64,000 nt of DNA, taken from the NCBI GenBank assembly GCA_023128895.1, contig JAGMDC010000003.1:70514-134513 (forward strand). The letters are read 5' to 3'. This stretch comes from Candidatus Parcubacteria bacterium. GTDB lineage: Bacteria; Patescibacteriota; Minisyncoccia; Minisyncoccales; JAGMDC01. A program made the position numbers and the translations under genes. Numbering within the stretch: the first letter of the stretch is position 1; every line of letters starts with the position of its first letter. Shown in pieces: positions 51,171 to 60,698 of this stretch. The notes beneath the pieces are model-generated. The model saw only the letters and a program-made list of their open reading frames with translations, was not told where the DNA came from and did not search any database.

Positions 51171-53272
51171 ATTCTCTTGCCTTCAATGATTTCTTGTGTG
51201 ATGTTTGCAGGTATCTCTTCATAATCGTCAAATTCCATTGTGAAATTGCCTCTGCCCTGCGTCAGAGAACGTAAAGCAGTAGCATACCCAAACATTTCAG
51301 ATAAAGGAATTTTCGCGCTTATAACTTTCGTATTCAACCTATCTTCTGTTTCTTCAATCTTGCCGCGTCTGCTGGACAAATCGCCGATAACATCGCCGAA
51401 AAATTCTTCTGGAATAACTACTTCTAATTTCATAATTGGTTCTAATAGATACGCTTGCGCGCGCTTAGCCGCGCTCTGCAAAGCCATTGACCCGGCAATT
51501 TTAAACGCGATTTCAGAAGAATCAACCTCGTGGAAAGACCCGTCATATAGGGCGCAGGACAAATCAATCAATGGATAACCAGCCACAACGCCTTTTGACA
51601 TTGCTTCTTTAATTCCTTTTTCTACCGCCGAAATAAATTCTTTTGGAATAACTCCTCCTTTTATCTCGTCAATAAATTCAAAGCCCTCTCCTCTTTCTTT
51701 TGGCTCAACTCTGACCCAAACATGGCCGTATTGTCCCCTGCCGCCTGACTGCTTAATGTATTTCGCTTCTGCTTGAGCTTCTGTCTTAATTGTTTCTTTA
51801 TACGCAACCTGGGGCCTGCCAACATTTGCTTCAACATTAAATTCTCTTTTCATTCTATCCACAAGAATATCCAAATGAAGTTCGCCCATTCCGGAAATAA
51901 TTGTTTCGCCGGTGTCCGGGTCTCCTTTAATTTTGAAAGTCGGGTCTTCGTCTGACAATTTTTTAAGCGCCAAGCCCATTTTCTCCTGGTCTGCTTTTGT
52001 CTTTGGTTCAATGCGGATGGAAATTACCGGCTCTGGGAAAGTAATCTCTTCTAAAATCACAGGAGCGTTTTCCGCGCACAAACTATTTCCAGTTCCAGTA
52101 TTTTTAAGACCCACTGTTGCCGCGATGTCGCCGGCAAATAATTCATCAACCTCCTCCCTTTCCGCGGCATGCATTCTCAAAATTCTTCCCAAACGCTCTT
52201 TTTCGCCAGTATTGGCGTTTACGATATAAGAACCCTTTATTATAGAACCGGAATAAACTCTGAAATATGTCAAGGTTCCCACATAAGGGTCTGCGGCGAT
52301 TTTGAAAGCCAAAGCGCAGAACGGTTCGTCATCGCTTGCTTTCTTTTCAACCTCCTTGTTTGTCTTGGGGTCTATGCCTTTAATTGGAGGCAGGTCAACA
52401 GGCGAAGGCAGGTAATCAACAGCAGCGTCCAATACCAGCTGAACTCCGGTATTTTTCAGCGCTGAACCGCAAAATACTGGAATCAGTTTATAGTCAATAG
52501 TTGCTTTTCTTAAAACTTGTTTGATTTTCTCAACAGGAATTTCTTTGCCGGCAAGATATTGCTCCAACATTTCCGCATCTTCCGCAGCAACTTTTTCAAT
52601 AAGTTTTTCGCGCCATTTTTTCGCGTCGTCTAATAAATCCGCAGGAACCTCTTCTTCCTTCACTTCCTCGCCTAACTTGCCCCCAAATCTCATTGCCTTC
52701 ATAGACAGCAAATCAATCACGCCTTTAAGATTTTCTTCCAAACCAATGGGAATCTGCATTGCTACAGCATTAGGGGAAAGTTTTTGCCCAATTGAAGCAA
52801 AACTCTTTTCAAAAGACGCGCCCATTCTGTCTAATTTATTTATAAAACAAATTCTTGGAACATTAAATTTATCTGCCTGTCGCCACACTGTTTCTGACTG
52901 CGGCTCCACTCCGGCAACTCCGTCAAAAACAACCACAGCGCCGTCCAGTACCCGCAGAGACCTTTGGACCTCCACTGTAAAGTCAATATGTCCGGGAGTG
53001 TCAATAATATTTATCCTGTGTTCATTGGTCTTGTCTTTTGTGGTATATTCTCTTGGAGACCAAAAACAAGTTGTTGCCGCGGAAGTAATGGTTATACCTC
53101 TTTCCCGCTCCTGTTCCATCCAGTCCATAACTGCCTCGCCCTCGTGGACTTCGCCGATTTTATGGGAAATTCCCGTGTAAAACAAAACACGCTCGGTAAA
53201 TGTTGTCTTGCCGGCGTCAATATGAGCTATTATACCTATGTTACGATATTTTTCTATTGAATATTTGCGCAT
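51167..53272 (-). CDS. fusA: elongation factor G
   Basis: [14 protein letters not shown] and EF-G domain IV/V patterns. Confidence 0.95.
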   Translation of the reverse strand: MRKYSIEKYRNIGIIAHIDAGKTTFTERVLFYTGISHKIGEVHEGEAVMDWMEQERERGITITSAATTCFWSPREYTTKDKTNEHRINIIDTPGHIDFTVEVQRSLRVLDGAVVVFDGVAGVEPQSETVWRQADKFNVPRICFINKLDRMGASFEKSFASIGQKLSPNAVAMQIPIGLEENLKGVIDLLSMKAMRFGGKLGEEVKEEEVPADLLDDAKKWREKLIEKVAAEDAEMLEQYLAGKEIPVEKIKQVLRKATIDYKLIPVFCGSALKNTGVQLVLDAAVDYLPSPVDLPPIKGIDPKTNKEVEKKASDDEPFCALAFKIAADPYVGTLTYFRVYSGSIIKGSYIVNANTGEKERLGRILRMHAAEREEVDELFAGDIAATVGLKNTGTGNSLCAENAPVILEEITFPEPVISIRIEPKTKADQEKMGLALKKLSDEDPTFKIKGDPDTGETIISGMGELHLDILVDRMKREFNVEANVGRPQVAYKETIKTEAQAEAKYIKQSGGRGQYGHVWVRVEPKERGEGFEFIDEIKGGVIPKEFISAVEKGIKEAMSKGVVAGYPLIDLSCALYDGSFHEVDSSEIAFKIAGSMALQSAAKRAQAYLLEPIMKLEVVIPEEFFGDVIGDLSSRRGKIEETEDRLNTKVISAKIPLSEMFGYATALRSLTQGRGNFTMEFDDYEEIPANITQEIIEGKRI

Positions 53273-53361
53273 AAAATAATTACTACCACAAAGTCAGCAA
53301 AAAATAAATCAGAATTAATACTAAAATAAAAGTAAAAATGAAATCTATTGGACCAGCCATA

Positions 53362-53417
53362 AGAATAGAATTTAGAATATAGAATTTAGAAGAATTATTC
53401 CAGATTCTATATTCTAT
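53362..53417. repeat. heptamer repeats (TAGAATT/TAGAATA) with an inverted copy ATTCTATATTCT; overlaps the rpsG stop
   Basis: Same TTCTAWA family as 51117 and 11944. Confidence 0.8.
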
Positions 53418-53881
53418 CTGGCGAAATGGGCGAAGGCGCGGTTTGCGTCTGCCATACGATGTGTGTCGTTTTTCTTTTTCACCGCGGATCCCTCATTACT
53501 AGACGCGGCAATCAATTCTTCCGCTAATTTTTCTTTCATTGGCTTGCCCTTTTTTGCCTTAGACGCGTTTATCAGCCACCTCATAGCCAAACTAATTTTC
53601 CTCTCCCCTCTCACTTCTCTTGGAACTTGGTAAACAGCTCCTCCAATTCTTTTTGACTTTACTTCCATATCTGGCGCGGCATTCGCCATTGCCAAATCAA
53701 AAATCTCTAATGGATCTTTCTTTGTTTTTTCTTTAATAATGTCAAAAGCGCTATAAACGATTTTTACAGCAATAGTTTTCTTGCCTTTGCGCATTATCTG
53801 GTTGATAAATTTGGCAACCATTACATTGTCATACACAATATCCCCTGGAATTATTCTTTTTGAAATTTTTTTGCGAGCCAT
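53414..53881 (-). CDS. rpsG: 30S ribosomal protein S7
   Basis: uS7 pattern. Confidence 0.9.
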   Translation of the reverse strand: MARKKISKRIIPGDIVYDNVMVAKFINQIMRKGKKTIAVKIVYSAFDIIKEKTKKDPLEIFDLAMANAAPDMEVKSKRIGGAVYQVPREVRGERKISLAMRWLINASKAKKGKPMKEKLAEELIAASSNEGSAVKKKNDTHRMADANRAFAHFAR

Positions 53882-53889
53882 AATAAATA

Positions 53890-54300
53890 TTATTTTGGTT
53901 TCTTGGTGCCATACTTGCTTCTTACTTGTTTTCGCCCTTCCACTCCGCCAGTATCCAAAACGCCCCTCACAATATGATACCGCACTCCGGGCAAATCCTT
54001 TACTCTGCCTCCCCTTAATACAACAACTGAATGCTCCTGTAAATTATGCCCAATGCCTGGAATATACGCTGTCACCTCCATTCCATTGCTCAACCGCACC
54101 CTTGCGACTTTGCGCATTGCTGAATTCGGCTTTTTGGGAGTAGTTGTAAAAACTTTTAAGCACACTCCCCTCTTGAAAGGAGAAGGATGTTTAATTGGCT
54201 TGTTTTTTAACACATTAAAACTGAAACTCAAAGCAGGCCTTTTAGTCGGCTTTTTCGCTGTTCTCCTATTTTTTTTAAGTAATTGATGAATTGTCGGCAT
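53890..54300 (-). CDS. rpsL: 30S ribosomal protein S12
   Basis: uS12 pattern. Confidence 0.9.
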   Translation of the reverse strand: MPTIHQLLKKNRRTAKKPTKRPALSFSFNVLKNKPIKHPSPFKRGVCLKVFTTTPKKPNSAMRKVARVRLSNGMEVTAYIPGIGHNLQEHSVVVLRGGRVKDLPGVRYHIVRGVLDTGGVEGRKQVRSKYGTKKPK

Positions 54301-54301
54301 A

Positions 54302-54350
54302 ATAAAATCATTAACGAATTATTCAATTAACGAATTAACGAATTACGAAT
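54302..54350. repeat. tandem AATTAACGAATT-type repeats in the rpsL 5' UTR
   Basis: Seen in sequence. Confidence 0.7.
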
Positions 54351-54360
54351 TAAAATAATT

Positions 54361-54415
54361 AAGCATAAGTATATATGCTTATATATAATCTAACAAAACG
54401 CAAAAAAAAAGTCAA
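54361..54415 (-). promoter_or_regulatory. putative rpsL promoter (TTGACT-17-TAGATT) followed by the palindrome AAGCATAAGTATATATGCTT
   Basis: Read on the minus strand. Confidence 0.5.
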
Positions 54416-54416
54416 A

Positions 54417-54591
54417 TTTTGTAAAAAAAATTGCCCAAAATAGGATGCATTTTTCTGCTCGCTCCTGCCCGCAACGCTTCGCGTAGCGATGCAGGCGGGC
54501 GGAAAAGTAAATAAACTCGCTTCGCTCGCTTATTTTCTTTTCGCTCACTTCTCAAAAAAATGAGGACGCAGCGCGCCCCATAAATTATGTA
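54417..54591. repeat. ~170-bp conserved 3' tail of cassette copy 1, with a GC-rich palindromic core (54464-54502)
   Basis: Near-identical to 55853-56020 (1 indel). Confidence 0.9.
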
Positions 54592-54593
54592 TA

Positions 54594-55457
54594 CTATATT
54601 GTCTCGAGTTTTTTTACGAGTTTATCGACTCTCCTATCGAGTTTCCTTCTAGAAATTTTACCCGAATTCCATTTTTTAGAAAGTTCTATAATCTCTGCCC
54701 GTTCTCTGCCAATCACTATTACTCCCTTATCCCGCAATTTTTCATAAACTCGCGCAGGTTTCTTCAAACCTTTTCTTGGATAGGTTTGCCATGTCAGCAT
54801 ATGGTCCGCCGCTTTCATGATCAGCTTTATTTGCTCTCTGTCAAGCCAGTCAAATCCGAGAAACTTATCTACACTATCCAACAAATTTTCGTGCGCAAAA
54901 ATTTCATTTGCTAAACTCTCTACCGTGCCATGGCATACCATCTGATATATAATCTCCCGCAAGACTTGAGTTCTATACTCTTTCTCGTCTATCCCGACTT
55001 CCTTCACTGCTTCAATCATCTTCTCCACATTATGCGGAAAAGATAATTTACTCGTATTCAGAAACATCTCTTTCCACGGCTCTTTATCTAAACCCTGGCC
55101 TATTCTCTGCGAAAACTGGCTCACTGTTCTTACTTCCTCAACAGTGAAATGTCTGCGGATATCCCTGAACAAAAGGAGCAAACTCGTTCGTCCCAAACTA
55201 ACCATGTCTAATGTTGTGAGCAAACGCAAATCAATGTCTGCAGGAATTTTCAATATTGCTTCCAGCACATCTAGCCAATTTCTCTTGCGCCACGCGTCCC
55301 AAACTTTGCTAATTTGCTCATTTAAGAACAAATTCTTTTGCTCGCTGAAAAATTCCTCGCCCGCCGCGTCCAGAAATCCTATTTCTGAAAGATATGCAAA
55401 CTCTTCTTCTTTCAAAACCGATTTTGCTTTTATTTCTTCTTCCACTTTTATACCCAT
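54594..55457 (-). CDS. 287-aa hypothetical protein P1 (cassette copy 1)
   Basis: Paralogue of 56024..56887: the N-terminal ~150 aa are ~90% identical at DNA level, the C-terminal half diverged. Confidence 0.7.
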   Translation of the reverse strand: MGIKVEEEIKAKSVLKEEEFAYLSEIGFLDAAGEEFFSEQKNLFLNEQISKVWDAWRKRNWLDVLEAILKIPADIDLRLLTTLDMVSLGRTSLLLLFRDIRRHFTVEEVRTVSQFSQRIGQGLDKEPWKEMFLNTSKLSFPHNVEKMIEAVKEVGIDEKEYRTQVLREIIYQMVCHGTVESLANEIFAHENLLDSVDKFLGFDWLDREQIKLIMKAADHMLTWQTYPRKGLKKPARVYEKLRDKGVIVIGRERAEIIELSKKWNSGKISRRKLDRRVDKLVKKLETI

Positions 55458-55458
55458 T

Positions 55459-55650
55459 TTATACCTCCTTTTTTTCTTTCAAATTCTGCTCCCATAATTC
55501 ATCTCTTCTCTCTTTTTCCGCTTTTTCCAACAGGACTTCGCAGCGCTTCACATTTTCCTGCGCTTCCTCCAACTCATTTTTTTTCAACTCAACATATGCC
55601 TTAGCAAGCCCAACTCTGGCCCTGCAAGACTCAACCTCTCTTTCGCCCAT
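55459..55650 (-). CDS. 63-aa coiled-coil protein (cassette copy 1), translationally coupled to P1
   Basis: Stop TAA then ATG of P1 1 nt later; SD GGAGG inside its 3' end; shares the C-terminus ..LWEQNLKEKKEV with 56891..57079. Confidence 0.6.
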   Translation of the reverse strand: MGEREVESCRARVGLAKAYVELKKNELEEAQENVKRCEVLLEKAEKERRDELWEQNLKEKKEV

Positions 55651-55721
55651 TTTTTTTCCTATCTTTTCTGATCAAAACACTTTCCTTAGTATGCTTTCCT
55701 CTACAAATTGTAATGTGCTTC

Positions 55722-55782
55722 TCTGATATCCATTATATTACAATTTTCTCCTAAATTGTCAAATAACTTTCAGCGCGCCGAG
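55722..55782 (-). promoter_or_regulatory. cassette 1 promoter TTGACA-17-TAATATAAT with the downstream operator-like palindrome TACAAATTGTA
   Basis: Duplicated at 57137-57197. Confidence 0.65.
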
Positions 55783-55852
55783 GCCACAGCGAAGTGACCT
55801 CGGCAGAATACCTTCGCTTGATGGTGGGGTATTAAAAATGTATCCCTGAGGT

Positions 55853-56020
55853 ACATTTGTAAAAAAAATTGCCCCAAATAGGATGCATTTTTCTGCTCGC
55901 TCCTGCCCGCAACGCTTCGCGTAGCGATGCAGGCGGGCGGAAAAGTAAATAAACTCGCTTCGCTCGCTTATTTTCTTTTCGCTCACTTCTCAAAAAAATG
56001 AGGACGCAGCGCGCCCCATC
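55853..56020. repeat. ~170-bp conserved 3' tail of cassette copy 2
   Basis: Direct repeat of 54417-54591. Confidence 0.9.
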
Positions 56021-56023
56021 ATA

Positions 56024-56887
56024 TTATTTTATTTCTATCGCAAGCCCGGCTTTCTTGATTACCCGCTTGACTTTCCTGACCATTTTTTCATATGAGAATT
56101 TATTTCTGTCGTATCCGTCGCGAATCTCTATTATCTTCTCTCTCGCTTCACCAATCCAGACATCGTGTCCCTCTTCTATTAGCGTTTTATACACATTGCA
56201 CGCGGCTCTAAAACTCTTTCGCGACAGCAGAGTATCACCTGCTTGTAACAGTTCTCTTGCGTGCATCTGTTGCCCGTGCATATACTTATCCATATATGCC
56301 ACAATTTCAACAAAATCACTGTTACCCTCTAGATATTCAACCAAACCTTGGTTTTCCTTGGTTATTTCAATCATGTGTTCCCAAATTACTTGTATATACT
56401 CGTCTTTGTCTATCCTTGTTTCCGCTACTGCTTCAATCATCTTTTCTATGCCGTCCTCCGCATCTGGAAAATACTTTCTTGCCATTTCCAGAAACATCTC
56501 TTTCCACGGCTCTTTATTTAAATCCTGACCTGCTCTCCGCGAAAACTGACTCACTGTTCTTACTTCCTCAATAGTGAAATGTCTGCGGATATTCCAGAAC
56601 AAAAGGAGCAAACTCGTTCGTCCCAAATTAACCATGTCTAATGTTGTGAGTAAACGCAAATCAATGTCTGAATCAATGTCTGCAGGAATTTTCAATATTG
56701 CTTCAAGCACGCCTAGCCAATTTCTCTCGTACCACGCGTCCCAAACTTTGCTAACTTGCTCATTTAAGAACAAATTCTTTTGCTCGCTGAAAAATTCCTC
56801 GTCTGCCGCATCCCAAAACCCTACTCCTAAAAGATACGCAAACTCTTCTTCTTTCAAAACCGATTTTGCTTTTATTTCTCCTACCAT
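56024..56887 (-). CDS. 287-aa hypothetical protein P2 (cassette copy 2)
   Basis: See P1. Confidence 0.7.
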   Translation of the reverse strand: MVGEIKAKSVLKEEEFAYLLGVGFWDAADEEFFSEQKNLFLNEQVSKVWDAWYERNWLGVLEAILKIPADIDSDIDLRLLTTLDMVNLGRTSLLLLFWNIRRHFTIEEVRTVSQFSRRAGQDLNKEPWKEMFLEMARKYFPDAEDGIEKMIEAVAETRIDKDEYIQVIWEHMIEITKENQGLVEYLEGNSDFVEIVAYMDKYMHGQQMHARELLQAGDTLLSRKSFRAACNVYKTLIEEGHDVWIGEAREKIIEIRDGYDRNKFSYEKMVRKVKRVIKKAGLAIEIK

Positions 56888-56890
56888 ATC

Positions 56891-57079
56891 TTATACCTCC
56901 TTTTTTTCTTTCAAATTCTGCTCCCATAATTTATCGTCTTCCTCTTTTTCCACTTGTTCTAATTGTCCTTTCCAATACGCCAAATCTTCCATCGCTCCCT
57001 CAAATGCCACTCTTTTTCGCTCAACATCCATCTCTGCGGCCTCAACCATACGCTTACAATGCTCTTTTTTTTCTTCCAC
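56891..57079 (-). CDS. 62-aa coiled-coil protein (cassette copy 2), GTG start
   Basis: SD AAGGAGG 9 nt upstream of the GTG. Confidence 0.55.
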   Translation of the reverse strand: MEEKKEHCKRMVEAAEMDVERKRVAFEGAMEDLAYWKGQLEQVEKEEDDKLWEQNLKEKKEV

Positions 57080-57136
57080 TTTTCATGCCTCCTTTTTTTT
57101 CTTTCATTATAGCACTCGCCTCAATATGCTTGCCTC

Positions 57137-57197
57137 TACAAATTGTAATGTGCTTCTTTGGTATCCATTATATTACAATTTTCTCCCAATTTGTCAA
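57137..57197 (-). promoter_or_regulatory. cassette 2 promoter + operator palindrome
   Basis: Same as 55722-55782. Confidence 0.65.
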
Positions 57198-57232
57198 ATA
57201 ACTTTTAGTGAATTTCACTCCCAAGCACAATT

Positions 57233-57272
57233 AAAATGACAATCCGTGCCAACGCGCACGGATTGTCATTTT
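57233..57272. terminator. perfect 17-bp inverted repeat AAAATGACAATCCGTGC-caacgc-GCACGGATTGTCATTTT (bidirectional terminator)
   Basis: Seen in sequence after the stop of the M50 peptidase gene. Confidence 0.75.
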
Positions 57273-57310
57273 AATGATAATATTGCTTTCCCTCGTAGTT
57301 TTCGCACTTC

Positions 57311-57952
57311 TCAAAAGAACGGAACGCCGACGATTAAATAAAACAAATAGTTAATCAAAGGCAATATCCATTGAAGGCAGAAAAAAATCACGAAAAGCAA
57401 AATAAACAAACCGTACTGAGTTAAAATGATTTTTACATTTTCCATACTTCGCGGCAGAAACGCGAAAAGAATATGAGACCCGTCCAACGGCGGGATTGGC
57501 AAAAGATTAAACACTGCTAAAAGCAGATTAACCCATACAATATATCCGAAAACAAAAATCAAACTCTGGGAAAAATGGTCCATTCCAAAAGGCAAAAATC
57601 TCAATAATAACCCAAACACAATTGCCAATGAAATATTTGCCAAGGGTCCTGCGGCGCCGACTTTTGCCGCGCCGTATTTCTGGTCTCGGAAATTATACGG
57701 ATTTATTGGAACTGGCTTTGCCCAACCGAAAATCACGCCAGCGCCAGTAAGCATACTTGTTAAAATCAAAAACCCTGGCACAATGATAGAACCTATTGGG
57801 TCCAAGTGCTTTAATGGATTTAATGTCAGACGGCCAGCCATTTTCGCGGTGGGGTCGCCCAAAAAATTAGCGACTTCGCCGTGCGCAACCTCATGTATCA
57901 CAACCGAAAAAAGAAATATAATAATAATTAAAATCAATACAAAAATTTCCAT
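57311..57952 (-). CDS. M50-family site-2 protease-like membrane metalloprotease
   Basis: HEVAHG motif, multi-TM. Confidence 0.8.
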   Translation of the reverse strand: MEIFVLILIIIIFLFSVVIHEVAHGEVANFLGDPTAKMAGRLTLNPLKHLDPIGSIIVPGFLILTSMLTGAGVIFGWAKPVPINPYNFRDQKYGAAKVGAAGPLANISLAIVFGLLLRFLPFGMDHFSQSLIFVFGYIVWVNLLLAVFNLLPIPPLDGSHILFAFLPRSMENVKIILTQYGLFILLFVIFFCLQWILPLINYLFYLIVGVPFF

Positions 57953-58053
57953 ATTTTTATTATATCAAAAAATCAAACTCTTGCCAAATTTTTGGAAATG
58001 GTCTATGATAACGATTGACTAATTATCATTTATCAGTAATCATTTATCTAATT

Positions 58054-58269
58054 ATGAAACAGTGTCCTATTTGCCAAAAAAAATCAATAATGGCACGAAA
58101 GTTGAACAAACTAAGGGGAAAGTATAACCCAAGCCCTAAAAAACGAAAATATCCCAATCTGCAATGGGTAAGAGTTCCTATGGATGTAAAACCAAAATTC
58201 AAGGAATTTGCGGGCAAAAGAATTCTTGCCTGCACAAAATGCATTAAATCGCTTTCAAAATTAAAATAA
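58054..58269 (+). CDS. rpmB: 50S ribosomal protein L28 (Zn-ribbon)
   Basis: CPICQKK...ACTKC; start set at MKQCPIC. Confidence 0.75.
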   Translation: MKQCPICQKKSIMARKLNKLRGKYNPSPKKRKYPNLQWVRVPMDVKPKFKEFAGKRILACTKCIKSLSKLK

Positions 58270-58271
58270 CA

Positions 58272-58304
58272 AAAGCCCTAATATCAGGGCTTTCGTTTTA
58301 TTTT
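58272..58304 (+). terminator. rho-independent terminator AGCCCT-AATATC-AGGGCT + T-run
   Basis: Seen in sequence. Confidence 0.8.
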
Positions 58305-58350
58305 CGGCGATTTTTTTTTACAAAAAAAATCCCGCATTTGCGAGATAAGT

Positions 58351-58520
58351 TAAAGCCCTGCGTTCTTTTTGTTGCAAAGATCACTAGATAGTCAAAGCCC
58401 TGCGTTCTCTTTAGAATCTGGAAAGCAATCCATAAGGGTGCTCCCTTTTGTTGCAAAGATCACTAGATAGTCAAAGCCCTGCGTTCTCTTTAGAATCTGG
58501 AAAGCAATCCACGTGGGTGT
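58351..58520. repeat. 79-bp tandem repeat, ~2.2 copies
   Basis: Units 58367-58431 and 58446-58510 identical; partial leading copy. Confidence 0.85.
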
Positions 58521-58672
58521 CCGCATACATAGCCCAAGGGCTATCTAAATATAGAACTCCCGAAGAAAACTTTTGTCCCAGAATCTATTTAGAAAACAAC
58601 AGGACCATTATCAGTGTAGCATATTTTACCCCCAAAAGTCAATACTAAATTTTACAGCTGCGTAGGTCACTG

Positions 58673-59737
58673 TTAAACTTTTAGGATATCAACTAATTGA
58701 TGGATTAGGGACAGAACAACCGGAGGAGGCATTAAACTGTAAACTGGCTCGTTCTTTTCATCTTGGACTACCCATGGCTTTTCAATTATTCTCGCTTTTC
58801 CTTCCTGTTTATCCCATTGATAAGAATATGCGGGAGTAATCTCATATTTATCAATATATTCGTCTGCCTTGTCCACGGGCACTGAATTTCTTAATAAAAT
58901 TTTGGGAATTCCGCGCAAAGAAAATGCTTTCTTGATTAACTCATCGTCTAAATTCAATCGCTCCCTTATCGGCTTTATGCCAAACTCGTCCCCTTCTTTT
59001 TGGAGCATTTCCGCGTTCTCGCACCCTGGCTCGTCGCACATTAGAAAAAATTCCTTTTCCTGCTCCCTGTATCCGATTTTTGAAGTCGGCAATAATTTCA
59101 AATTTCTTGATGTCTTGCACTTTGGACAAACCCTTCTGTATTTTATTCTCTCATCAATTATATTTTCCGGTACATCAATCAAAACAAAAATATCAGGATC
59201 CTGCCTGTAATCAATCAAATCCCTAAAAAACAAAGAAAAGCCAATCTGGTCCAGTGCCCTGGGAAAACCGTCAATGAAAATCGCTTTGCCTTTTTGTTTG
59301 GCTATTTCCCTTTTAACCAAACATAAAACCAATTCTGTTGGAAGCAATTTTTTTGTGCTTCTTAACTCCAATAAGGAAATTATTTCTTCAATCCCGAGCC
59401 AGCCGCGATAATTATTTTTCAGAAATTCAATCAATTGCGCGCGCTTGTCTTTGTCTTTCAATTCCTCGTCTATTTCCCTTGCCATATCCCCTACTGAAAA
59501 ATGGAATATTTTTTCAGGGCCTATTATTTCGGCAAACATTTTCGCGTAAGTCCCTTTGCCTGAATTTTTTTTGCCCAGAAGATAAATAATAAAACTATTG
59601 TGTTCCAAATATTCTTTTATTTTTTTTATTTCCTTTTCTGCCTTCAATTCAAAATACTCCTTTCTTTGCGCAGGGTCTGTTAAATCAAATTTCTTGTCTA
59701 TATCTTGTTTCTTTGTCTTAAAAAGAGGAAAGTCCAT
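58673..59737 (-). CDS. adenylate-kinase-family P-loop protein with zinc ribbon and a ~120-aa C-terminal extension
   Basis: GKKNSGKGT P-loop; CPKCK...CDEPGC. Confidence 0.6.
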   Translation of the reverse strand: MDFPLFKTKKQDIDKKFDLTDPAQRKEYFELKAEKEIKKIKEYLEHNSFIIYLLGKKNSGKGTYAKMFAEIIGPEKIFHFSVGDMAREIDEELKDKDKRAQLIEFLKNNYRGWLGIEEIISLLELRSTKKLLPTELVLCLVKREIAKQKGKAIFIDGFPRALDQIGFSLFFRDLIDYRQDPDIFVLIDVPENIIDERIKYRRVCPKCKTSRNLKLLPTSKIGYREQEKEFFLMCDEPGCENAEMLQKEGDEFGIKPIRERLNLDDELIKKAFSLRGIPKILLRNSVPVDKADEYIDKYEITPAYSYQWDKQEGKARIIEKPWVVQDEKNEPVYSLMPPPVVLSLIHQLVDILKV

Positions 59738-60623
59738 AATTATCTTGCGTTTTAATTTTTAAATTACTGCCATCGGAAAAAATTTTAATGTCGCCGTTTT
59801 GGTCTGTTCTTAATATATTTATATCAAATTTTTCCAAAGTTGCCAATGTTTCAGGATATGGATGCCCATATCTATTATTTCTCCCGCACTGTATCACCGC
59901 GATTTTTGGACTCACTGCTTCAATAAATTCCTGTGCTGTTGATGTTTTGCTCCCGTGATGCCCGACTTTCAGCACATCTGAATCCAAATAAATCCCTTCT
60001 TCTATCAATTCATTCTCTACTGATTTGAAAGCGTCGCCTGTGAATAAAAAAGAATTTTCTCCAAAACTTAAACGCGCGATAACAGAAGTGTTATTAACGC
60101 TCTTAATTTCCTGACTTTCTAAACTCTCAAATGGATAAAGGACTTCCAGTTTATAATATTCAGAACTATTGCCTGAAAAAATTTTCACACCCGCTTGCGC
60201 TATAATTATATTCGCGCCTTCGTCTTGAATAATTTTTTGCCACTCCTTATATTCTGCCGTGTTTCTTATAATGCCTGTCCATAAAATATTTTCCACTTTG
60301 TATGATTTCAACACTTCAATCAGGCCCGCTATATGGTCGTGCTCCGGATGGGTCAAAATAATCAAATCAATTGTCCTGTCCCAATACGGCATTGTTTGCG
60401 ATAATTTTCTCAAAATCGCTGTACTGCTAGGTCCGCCGTCAATTAAAATCTGGTGCTGTTGCGGCGTTTGAATAAAAATCGCGTCGCCTTGGCCTATATC
60501 AAAAAAATTGACTTCTAATGGCTGGGGTTTGGTTAAATCCCATAAAATCAATCCAGCTGTAGCGTTGCACAGAAGCAGACCAAACAAAATATATTTTGTA
60601 TAATTAATCTCTTTCTTGTACAC
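59718..60623 (-). CDS. metallo-beta-lactamase-fold hydrolase (ComEC C-terminal-domain-like), membrane anchored
   Basis: HPEHDHIAG motif. Confidence 0.75.
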   Translation of the reverse strand: MYKKEINYTKYILFGLLLCNATAGLILWDLTKPQPLEVNFFDIGQGDAIFIQTPQQHQILIDGGPSSTAILRKLSQTMPYWDRTIDLIILTHPEHDHIAGLIEVLKSYKVENILWTGIIRNTAEYKEWQKIIQDEGANIIIAQAGVKIFSGNSSEYYKLEVLYPFESLESQEIKSVNNTSVIARLSFGENSFLFTGDAFKSVENELIEEGIYLDSDVLKVGHHGSKTSTAQEFIEAVSPKIAVIQCGRNNRYGHPYPETLATLEKFDINILRTDQNGDIKIFSDGSNLKIKTQDNYGLSSF

Positions 60624-60643
60624 GATTATGTAATCATATTCAA

Positions 60644-60678
60644 ATAGCCAAAAACCGCTTTCAGCGGTTTTTGGCTAT
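60644..60678. terminator. hairpin CCAAAAACCGCT-TTCA-GCGGTTTTTGG
   Basis: Seen in sequence. Confidence 0.75.
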
Positions 60679-60698
60679 TTGATAACTATCAAAATCTG

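Noticed and set aside
55759-55986. 75-aa minus-strand ORF
   Set aside because: Spans the duplicated non-coding tail; the equivalent frame is broken in the other tail copy
58351-58520. CRISPR array
   Set aside because: The segments between the short repeats are identical to each other (it is a 79-bp tandem repeat); no cas genes
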